Source of the DNA: a virus
Lineage: Duplodnaviria; Heunggongvirae; Uroviricota; Caudoviricetes
IMG/VR virus record: IMGVR_UViG_3300042382_000594
Direction: 5' to 3' (one strand)
Length of the DNA stretch: 62,341 bases
Positions 49,488 to 56,415 of the stretch are shown piece after piece. The notes under the pieces are model-generated. The model saw only the letters and a program-made list of their open reading frames with translations. It was not told the DNA's origin and made no database searches. Numbering within the stretch: the first letter of the stretch is position 1; the number at the start of each line of letters is the position of its first letter. A program made the position numbers and the translations under genes.

Positions 49488-50231
49488 TTAGAATAAATGC
49501 TTTAAGTCTGGGAAAACTCTACTTGCTACACATATATCATATTCTTTTTTATTTTTAATATTGCACAAAAATAAATCTTTCTTTTTATGTTTTTTATTTG
49601 TTGTTCCAAGGTTAAACCCATCTGGTATTTGATCATCTTTGCCTATTTGAATATTAATTATATTATTTGTGATCCAAGTATATTGATAATTTTTTAAATT
49701 TAATTTACCATAAATCCATCCAGTAGGTATTTGTTCATTTTTGTGTATTTTATTATTAATTATTCCGTTATTTATCCAGACTTTATTTTTATTATGACTT
49801 TTATCTCCAGATATTTTTAATGAGAATTCTAATTTTCTTTTATCTGACCACCTATTATTCCAATTAGGATTATTTTCTCCAATACAATTTTGTAATTTAT
49901 ATTCATCAGTAAATACTTTACCTGAACCTCCTTCGCCGCCGTCAGTTAGATTTAAAAGAATTCCAGTTCCTAGATCTTTTCTGCCATGCCAACGAATTAA
50001 TCTTCGTTCAATAGCAAAAGCGCCAGTTTCGGTGAGATTTGATTCTATAACAATAATTAACGATTTATCTTTTGGTAATTTTATTCTTCCATGTTTTGCA
50101 TATGCCCGTTTTCCTTGACCTTTTCCAATATAATATGGAGTTCCTGCTTTTGCAGTTATTGAATCTTTTGATCTGAGATAGGCGTAAACGTAAAAAGATT
50201 TTTGTTTTGTATAAGTATTTGTGCTGGGCAT
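49488..50231 (-). mobile_element. free-standing GIY-YIG-type homing endonuclease gene
   Basis: FYVYAYLR...PYYIGKG..KRAY...ERRLI...[10 protein letters not shown]; WINNG/WITNN repeats. Confidence 0.75.
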
Positions 50232-50303
50232 TACAGTCTCCTGATTGTTGTAGAAATGTTTAGAGCTTATGGGTGGTGAGACACCGCGATAAGCATTTTT
50301 TCC

Positions 50304-50332
50304 TTGACTTTATACTACTTTTATAGTATAAT
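50304..50332 (+). promoter_or_regulatory. early promoter TTGACT-N17-TATAAT for rnh
   Basis: consensus. Confidence 0.8.
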
Positions 50333-50375
50333 TTTATTTATAGTAATTAATATTTTTAATATAGGATTTTTTGTC

Positions 50376-51224
50376 ATGGCTATACTTATTGATTTCCACC
50401 AAGTAGTGATTAGTGGATTGCAATCTCAAGTTGCATCAAATAGAATTAATGTTTTAAGTAAAGATTTATGTCGGCACCTAGTTTTAAACTCGATTAGATC
50501 GCATATACATAAATTTAAAAAAGAATATGGTGAAGTAATTATCTGCTGCGACTCTAGAAAATACTGGAGAAAAGAAGTATTTCCATTCTATAAAGCAGGA
50601 AGAAAAAAAGCACGAGAAGCATCTAAATTAGACTGGACTGTTATTTTTGAAGTGCTTGATGAAGTTCGCGAAGATTTAAAAATTATTTTTCCGTATAAAG
50701 TGGTGCATGTTGAGCGAGCTGAAGCTGATGATGTAATTGGTACATTAGTTCCTAGAATTAGTGCTCATGAAACTGTAATTATAATTAGTTCTGATGGCGA
50801 TTTTAAACAATTACATCAATATTCTAATGTTAAACAGTATAATCCAATGTTAGGGATTTATGTTAAATCAGAAAACCCTCAACTTGAGTTAAAAGAAAAG
50901 ATATTAACTGGTGATGCTGGAGATGGTATTCCATCGGTATTATCTAATGATGATGTATTTGTTGCGGGTATTCGTCAGAAACCTTTAACAGCTAAGAAAA
51001 AAGCTGTTATGTTAACTGAAGATTTTAATAACCCAGATATTGAAAATTATCGTAATATTCAGAGAAATAAATTATTAATTGATTTGACTATGACTCCCCA
51101 GGATATCAAAGATGCCATCGTTGAACAGTATGAAGCTCCAAAAATAGGTTCAAAACAGATGTTGATGAAGTATTTTATCGAAAAAAAGCTCGTCAAGTTA
51201 TTAGAATGTATTGATGAATTTTGA
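50376..51224 (+). CDS. rnh: T4-type RNase H (5'-3' exonuclease)
   Basis: MAILIDFHQ; CCDSRKYWRKEVFPFYKAGR; EADDVIG; SSDGDFKQL; GDAGDGIP. Confidence 0.95.
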   Translation: MAILIDFHQVVISGLQSQVASNRINVLSKDLCRHLVLNSIRSHIHKFKKEYGEVIICCDSRKYWRKEVFPFYKAGRKKAREASKLDWTVIFEVLDEVREDLKIIFPYKVVHVERAEADDVIGTLVPRISAHETVIIISSDGDFKQLHQYSNVKQYNPMLGIYVKSENPQLELKEKILTGDAGDGIPSVLSNDDVFVAGIRQKPLTAKKKAVMLTEDFNNPDIENYRNIQRNKLLIDLTMTPQDIKDAIVEQYEAPKIGSKQMLMKYFIEKKLVKLLECIDEF

Positions 51225-51258
51225 TGTACCATAGAAACCAACTATAAAGGTTGGTTTT

Positions 51259-51266
51259 TATAAATA
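51259..51266 (+). promoter_or_regulatory. late promoter TATAAATA upstream of pmoC
   Basis: exact consensus 70 nt before the ATG; AGGAGA RBS at ~51325. Confidence 0.7.
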
Positions 51267-51335
51267 AACTTAACTTGGATTGATGTTTAATTCAAGCTAA
51301 ACTTTTTTTAATTTTCCCTTGGTTAGGAGAATAAT

Positions 51336-52094
51336 ATGTCAGCTACAGTTGAAACAGTAAAAGCAGAAGTTGCAGAAGCACCGCTTTTAAACAAAAGAAA
51401 TATGTTGTTAGGCGCAGCTTTGTATATTGTATTTTATGGTTGGGTTCGTTGGTATGAGGGTGTATATGGATGGTCAGCTGGTTTAGATTCATTTGCTCCA
51501 GAGTTTGAAACATATTGGATGAATTTCCTTTATATTGAGATGGTACTTGAGGTATTAACTGCATCAGTGTTGTGGGGTTATATCTGGAAGACTCGCGATC
51601 GTAAAGTAATGTCAATTACCCCTAGAGAAGAATTGAGACGTCATTTTACTCATTGGGTATGGTTAGTAATGTATGGTATTGCAATTTATTATGGTGCTTC
51701 ATATTTTACTGAACAAGATGGTACATGGCATCAAACAATCGTTCGTGACACTGATTTTACTCCAAGTCACGTTATTGAGTTTTATCTAAGTTATCCAATT
51801 TATATTATTACTGGTGTAGCTTCATTCTTATACGCTAAAACTCGTTTACCAACCTATCAAAAAGGATTACCATTACAATATTTGGTATCTGTAATTGGTC
51901 CTTTTATGATTCTTCCAAACGTAGGTTTGAATGAATGGGGTCATACCTTCTGGTTTATGGAAGAATTGTTTGTTGCTCCTTTACATTACGGTTTCGTATT
52001 CTTTGGATGGGCAGCTTTAGGTGTATTAGGTGTTGTAAATATTGAAGTTCAAGCTATTTCTAAATTATTGAAAAAAGATTTAGCTGCAGTATAA
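51336..52094 (+). CDS. pmoC: particulate methane monooxygenase subunit C (auxiliary metabolic gene), gammaproteobacterial type
   Basis: WYEGVYGWSAGLDSFAPEFETYWMN; EQDGTWHQT..RDTDFTPSH; GLNEWGHTFWFMEELFVAPLH. Confidence 0.98.
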   Translation: MSATVETVKAEVAEAPLLNKRNMLLGAALYIVFYGWVRWYEGVYGWSAGLDSFAPEFETYWMNFLYIEMVLEVLTASVLWGYIWKTRDRKVMSITPREELRRHFTHWVWLVMYGIAIYYGASYFTEQDGTWHQTIVRDTDFTPSHVIEFYLSYPIYIITGVASFLYAKTRLPTYQKGLPLQYLVSVIGPFMILPNVGLNEWGHTFWFMEELFVAPLHYGFVFFGWAALGVLGVVNIEVQAISKLLKKDLAAV

Positions 52095-52117
52095 GTTTAT
52101 TGTTATGTGATTGATGG

Positions 52118-52138
52118 ATAGGGGTTTAATACCCCTAT
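52118..52138 (+). terminator. hairpin after pmoC
   Basis: ataggggt-ttaat-acccctat; weak U tract. Confidence 0.55.
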
Positions 52139-52167
52139 TCGTCATTTAGTTCTTAGAAAACTAATTC

Positions 52168-52175
52168 TATAAATA
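52168..52175 (+). promoter_or_regulatory. late promoter TATAAATA
   Basis: exact consensus 27 nt upstream of 52203. Confidence 0.7.
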
Positions 52176-52202
52176 TTATTAAGTAACCACGAGGAAATAT
52201 TT

Positions 52203-52712
52203 ATGGAATTAGACGAAAGAAAAAGTCCGCTTACTCTTAAATGCTGGAAAAATTACCACAAACAAGGCACTAAGATGAAAGGCGGCAAGCGAGTTAATAA
52301 TTGCGTTCCCAATGAAAGCGTTGAATTAACGCCTGAAGAAATGTTTGATATGATTGAAAGTACCGTTGAAGAATATGCAACTGACAATGGGTTTGCTAGC
52401 GAATACCTTTGGGAGTTATATGATGTTATTAGCGATAATGAGTTATTGGAATATGCAATTGATGCAAAAGGTCACAAAAGTTCTGCTGGTGGGTTAACTC
52501 AAAAAGGTGTTGATGCGTATAGAAGAGAAAATCCAGGAAGTAAACTTAAAACTGCTGTAACTACTCCACCAAGTAAATTAAATCCAGATAGCAAAGCTGC
52601 AAAAAGACGTAAAAGTTTTTGTGCTAGGATGGGTGGTATGCCTGGAGCAATGAAAGATGACAATGGAAAGCCTACTCGAAAAGCATTAGCTTTAAGAAAA
52701 TGGAATTGTTAA
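52203..52712 (+). CDS. conserved T4-like late protein (DUF6321-like)
   Basis: CWKNY..QGTKMKGGKRVNNCVP; GGLTQKGVDAYRRENPGSKLKTAVT...RRKSFCARM...LRKWNC. Confidence 0.75.
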   Translation: MELDERKSPLTLKCWKNYHKQGTKMKGGKRVNNCVPNESVELTPEEMFDMIESTVEEYATDNGFASEYLWELYDVISDNELLEYAIDAKGHKSSAGGLTQKGVDAYRRENPGSKLKTAVTTPPSKLNPDSKAAKRRKSFCARMGGMPGAMKDDNGKPTRKALALRKWNC

Positions 52713-52715
52713 ACT

Positions 52716-52740
52716 AAAAGGAGCTTTTTGCTCCTTTTTT
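52716..52740 (+). terminator. intrinsic terminator
   Basis: aaaaggagc-ttttt-gctcc plus T tract. Confidence 0.8.
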
Positions 52741-52754
52741 ATTCTGGAGGTATT

Positions 52755-52862
52755 ATGGAAAATGTAACTGTAGCAGACGAATTCGGTGTAGTAATGATAG
52801 CAATTATATCGACAATTGCTATATTAATGTATGTCTTAGATTGCGATTGCGATGACTGTTAA
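52755..52862 (+). CDS. 35-aa single-TM peptide with a DCDCDDC tail
   Basis: GGAGG RBS; MENVTVADEFGVVMIAIISTIAILMYVLDCDCDDC. Confidence 0.5.
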   Translation: MENVTVADEFGVVMIAIISTIAILMYVLDCDCDDC

Positions 52863-53242
52863 TTTTTATAATAGTTACAAAATTTAGTTATTTCTTCTTC
52901 GGATAAATTATTTTTAGCTCGATTAGCTTTTACTGATATAATTAGTAGATTATCTATTTCGTATCCTTTCGAACTATCAATTCTATCGAAACTATAACTA
53001 TCATCTTGAGGTTTGTTTCTGTGCCATTTTAACGGTATATTCAACACAGGGCAAGAAATTGGAAAACTTATATTATTTAACTCAGATAAAGTTAATGTAA
53101 AATTTATATTTCTTTTTTTAGCTGATGATTTTAAGTTATTATAGATCTGTTTAATTTCCGGTGGTTTTATTTTATATTCCATAGTTTTGCATTTAAAATA
53201 AATATATCTATAACAACATAAAATAGGATTCTTATGAAACAC
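52859..53242 (-). CDS. His-Me finger (HNH-like) endonuclease-family protein
   Basis: CPVLNIPL...SFDRIDSSKGYEIDNLLIISVKANRAKN. Confidence 0.75.
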   Translation of the reverse strand: MFHKNPILCCYRYIYFKCKTMEYKIKPPEIKQIYNNLKSSAKKRNINFTLTLSELNNISFPISCPVLNIPLKWHRNKPQDDSYSFDRIDSSKGYEIDNLLIISVKANRAKNNLSEEEITKFCNYYKN

Positions 53243-53605
53243 TACTTAAAAGAAATTTATGATGAAGAAATACATGATGGTTTTATGTTTATCTTAGATG
53301 AGAATGAACAATTAGATATTTCAGCATTTACATATAAAGATAATGCTCAACCAATTGAAAAACATGAATTAGGATTTAAGTATCATATTATAACATATAA
53401 AGAAACAATTGACGGGGATGTAGTAGAACCTGATATGTTTGAAGCAATTTTAGGTAATCCGCATCATTATATTGCAAATTTACTTAAAAGCGGATTCTTT
53501 GGAACGATTTGTAAGAAAACAAAAACATCAAGTGAACTTGCCAATACAATGTATGAAGATTTAATAAACATGGTAACAGAAGACGATGAATACGCAAGTG
53601 CATAA
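53234..53605 (+). CDS. hypothetical protein
   Basis: 123-aa ORF with an RBS-like aggat. Confidence 0.55.
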   Translation: MKHYLKEIYDEEIHDGFMFILDENEQLDISAFTYKDNAQPIEKHELGFKYHIITYKETIDGDVVEPDMFEAILGNPHHYIANLLKSGFFGTICKKTKTSSELANTMYEDLINMVTEDDEYASA

Positions 53606-53828
53606 ATTAATTGAGGAATATTTTCCTAATGACAAAGAAAAAGCTGAGGCATTTGTTCGAGCTATTTCTCATGGAATTACTTCTGAGATACAAAAATTTT
53701 CAACTGAAGAATATAAAAAATTTACATCTAGTACAAATAATGAGATTAAAGGAAGTTCATATGTATTAGGAGTTAGCGATGGAGCTGATATTTGTATTGG
53801 ATTAATACAAGATATGCTTGACGAATAG
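53586..53828 (+). CDS. hypothetical protein
   Basis: 80-aa ORF overlapping the previous gene. Confidence 0.5.
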   Translation: MNTQVHKLIEEYFPNDKEKAEAFVRAISHGITSEIQKFSTEEYKKFTSSTNNEIKGSSYVLGVSDGADICIGLIQDMLDE

Positions 53829-53846
53829 ATAGTTTTATAGTATAAT
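53818..53846 (+). promoter_or_regulatory. early promoter TTGACG-N17-TATAAT
   Basis: consensus. Confidence 0.8.
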
Positions 53847-53879
53847 TAATTTGTTGTTTAACTAAAGTGAGGTATTAAA

Positions 53880-54032
53880 ATGGCGTCAACTGTTGAAATT
53901 AAACGTTGTAACTGTACTGGCGGAAAAGCTGCTGAATATCAAGATGCAACTTATGGTAAAAATATGCGAGTTATGAACGAAGACCAAAAGAAAGGATATA
54001 CTTGTACTGTCTGCGGCGCGAAACATAAGTAA
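53880..54032 (+). CDS. 50-aa zinc-finger-like protein (CxC...CxxC)
   Basis: GAGG RBS; MASTVEIKRCNC...YGKNMRV...CTVCGAKHK; own promoter and terminator. Confidence 0.7.
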   Translation: MASTVEIKRCNCTGGKAAEYQDATYGKNMRVMNEDQKKGYTCTVCGAKHK

Positions 54033-54065
54033 TCATTCTACAATAATAATATAAGTTATATATAT

Positions 54066-54097
54066 AAGCCAGAAGCGCAATACTTCTGGCTTTTTTT
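54066..54097 (+). terminator. intrinsic terminator
   Basis: aagccagaag-cgcaata-cttctggctt plus T tract. Confidence 0.8.
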
Positions 54098-54103
54098 ATA
54101 TTA

Positions 54104-54406
54104 TTACTTTTTACTTTTTTTGGCTGCTTTTGCTACTGTTGAAACTTTACCTGCTACATCTGCAATTTTAGCTTCACCTTCAGATGCCGCCACAGTAGAT
54201 ATTTGTTCTGATACTGCGCCAACTAAATCTCCTGAAGTATTTACTTCCTCGCCAACTTTTGCAGCTGCATCGCCTGCTTTTTGAGTTAAAGCCACTAAAT
54301 CTGCATGACCAGTTGCTACTTCCACTGTTGTTGCTATTGCTGTTAATGTTGGAGCTGCTTTACCTAATCCAACAAATGCCTCTTTTATTTTACTAAAAAA
54401 ACTCAT
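54104..54406 (-). CDS. Ala-rich amphipathic hypothetical protein
   Basis: 100-aa ORF with a GGAGA RBS, in a late unit with the holin-like gene. Confidence 0.55.
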   Translation of the reverse strand: MSFFSKIKEAFVGLGKAAPTLTAIATTVEVATGHADLVALTQKAGDAAAKVGEEVNTSGDLVGAVSEQISTVAASEGEAKIADVAGKVSTVAKAAKKSKK

Positions 54407-54407
54407 G

Positions 54408-54647
54408 TTATTTCTCCTTTGTATCTTCTTTTAGGAATATCCCTGCTATAGCAAATACTGCAGATAACCCATTCATTACATTATTCCACATTTGATCCGA
54501 AATATTAGTTCCAAATACTGCAAATATTGCAGCTAATGCGGCATGACTACTTGGTTCTCTTAGTCGACTATAAACATAAAATAGTTTATTATATTCGCCT
54601 TGTAGAGTTCTTGGTTCTTTTATATATGCTAGTATTTTATTCATCAC
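54408..54647 (-). CDS. putative holin
   Basis: RLREPSSHAALAAIFAVFG...GLSAVFAIAGIFLKE: two short TM segments and a charged tail; late promoter at 54668-54675. Confidence 0.55.
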   Translation of the reverse strand: MMNKILAYIKEPRTLQGEYNKLFYVYSRLREPSSHAALAAIFAVFGTNISDQMWNNVMNGLSAVFAIAGIFLKEDTKEK

Positions 54648-54716
54648 TTTCTCCAGTTTTTTACTTCTATTTATATAAACTAAATAAATTGGGATTAATT
54701 ATTAAAATAGGATTTT

Positions 54717-54932
54717 ATGTTAAATTGGCTTGGTACTGTAAACTTTCTTATCGCTGGATCTTTAATTGCAACAAATATTGAACCGTATACAAAATATGCA
54801 TTTATTTTCTTTTTGATAGGGCATGGATTATGTTTAATAAATGCATATTGTAAAAATATTGCATCATTAAAATTGCGATATTCTTTTTTCTGTGTAATAG
54901 ATTCTTATGGGATCTACAATTGGTTTACATAA
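54717..54932 (+). CDS. small 3-TM membrane protein
   Basis: WLGT...GSLIA...FIFFLIGH...DSYGIYNW. Confidence 0.6.
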   Translation: MLNWLGTVNFLIAGSLIATNIEPYTKYAFIFFLIGHGLCLINAYCKNIASLKLRYSFFCVIDSYGIYNWFT

Positions 54933-54941
54933 GGAGATATT

Positions 54942-55022
54942 ATGATTTCGCTTTGGATTGCTGCGTTTTCTGTTATACTCACATATTTTTTAATTGAAAC
55001 TTTGTATAAAGATAATGAATAA
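54942..55022 (+). CDS. 26-aa single-TM peptide
   Basis: AAGGAGA RBS; MISLWIAAFSVILTYFLIETLYKDNE. Confidence 0.4.
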   Translation: MISLWIAAFSVILTYFLIETLYKDNE

Positions 55023-55023
55023 A

Positions 55024-55046
55024 AAAAGGAGCTTTACGCTCCTTTT
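55024..55046. terminator. bidirectional terminator
   Basis: aaaaggagc-tttac-gctcctttt. Confidence 0.75.
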
Positions 55047-55273
55047 GCTTTTGGTATAGTAGGCGTCTTACAATAAGAATCAACCATTTTTCTAGCTGCA
55101 TCTGGTGTCATTTTATGATCTTTTACTACAGCATCAACTGCTTTTTTAATATGTTTTTGTTCGACAGGCGCAGCACCAGAAGCAAAAATTGGACCAATAT
55201 GGTATTTAATTGTTTGCTGAACGTCTTTTACTGAACCTTCATATAATTGTCGAAATTCTCTAAAACTTTTCAT
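55034..55273 (-). CDS. small protein with a capsid-targeting-like N-terminus
   Basis: starts MKSFREFRQLYE. Confidence 0.6.
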   Translation of the reverse strand: MKSFREFRQLYEGSVKDVQQTIKYHIGPIFASGAAPVEQKHIKKAVDAVVKDHKMTPDAARKMVDSYCKTPTIPKAKGA

Positions 55274-55312
55274 TTATTTTTCCTAAAAAGGGGGATTTCT
55301 CCCCCATATCAA

Positions 55313-56368
55313 TTAAGATCTTGGATCTTTATAGATTGATGTATTTTGTTTTGGTGCGGGGAACTTTTTAACTACATCATGAACCGCGTCAAAATGTTTA
55401 GGTGATTTTTGCATGTGAGCCATAACTTCTTGTCTTTTTTGTGGTTTTAATCCAGCCATAAAGCTATTAATTCTTTTTGCATCGCCATGTTGTAAAGTAA
55501 CAGATCCTTGTCTTAAATCAATATCTCTATGAGCATTTGGTTTTGACATTTCACCTTTAGCTGCACGAGCTGCTAATCCAGCTTGAACTCTTTTGTCATC
55601 AGGATTTTCTTTTTCATCATCAGATAATGGATTATCATCAATATCTTCAGCTGTTTTTAATTTTCCATGAAGAGATTTACTAAATGAATCATCATCTACT
55701 TCAGCATGTTTTTCATCTTTATAATCATCATCTTCTTTTGGTTTTTTCATTTTACTAATTGTTTTGCTGTAATCATCATGATCATTGTCATCATCATCGT
55801 CGTGCGATTCTTGAATACCAAATACTCGTTGAGCAACACCAATTTTAGATTCTTCTAATCTAGCTGCAATTTTAGACGAGATAATATCAGTAAATGATTG
55901 TGTAGATTCAACTAAATTACCTGATAATATAGTTTCAATCATACCTTGAATAGATTCTCTTGTTACTTGCATATCATCATGTTCTTGACCAGAACGACGA
56001 GTTGCAGGTTTGTTTCTGGCAAGATAACGAGCATCATGTTTTTCTGGTGGTTCGCCGGCATCTTTGCGTTCCTGCGCTCTTAAACGCAATAAATCACCTA
56101 ATTCATCTTTTTTCTGTTTTTTAGGGCGACCATAGCTACCTGTATATGCTTCTTCGACTCCACCTTTATATTCTTTAGCTTTTTGTGCATTAATGAAGTC
56201 TTTTAATGAAGAATCAGGATTCTTTTTCATAAACTTATCATAGTTTGCTTTGAATTTAGGGTGTTTTGGATTATGTAGTTCGTATGGACCAGAACCTTCT
56301 TCTAATTCTTCCTCGAAATCATCTTCATCTAGGTCAAAATCATCTGGGTCGTTGTATAAATTACTCAT
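55313..56368 (-). CDS. acidic/basic internal head-like protein with a prohead-core-like segment
   Basis: ESIQGMIETILSGNLVESTQSFTDIISSKIAARLEESK; late promoter at 56401-56408. Confidence 0.55.
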   Translation of the reverse strand: MSNLYNDPDDFDLDEDDFEEELEEGSGPYELHNPKHPKFKANYDKFMKKNPDSSLKDFINAQKAKEYKGGVEEAYTGSYGRPKKQKKDELGDLLRLRAQERKDAGEPPEKHDARYLARNKPATRRSGQEHDDMQVTRESIQGMIETILSGNLVESTQSFTDIISSKIAARLEESKIGVAQRVFGIQESHDDDDDNDHDDYSKTISKMKKPKEDDDYKDEKHAEVDDDSFSKSLHGKLKTAEDIDDNPLSDDEKENPDDKRVQAGLAARAAKGEMSKPNAHRDIDLRQGSVTLQHGDAKRINSFMAGLKPQKRQEVMAHMQKSPKHFDAVHDVVKKFPAPKQNTSIYKDPRS

Positions 56369-56415
56369 TTTTGTATTTCCTTGTACGGTTAATTAATTAT
56401 TATTTATATATTTAT

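Noticed and set aside
51336-52094. pmoC as host contamination or chimeric assembly
   Set aside because: It is flanked by phage genes, has a phage late promoter, and has AT-rich codons like its neighbours; read-level confirmation is still advisable.
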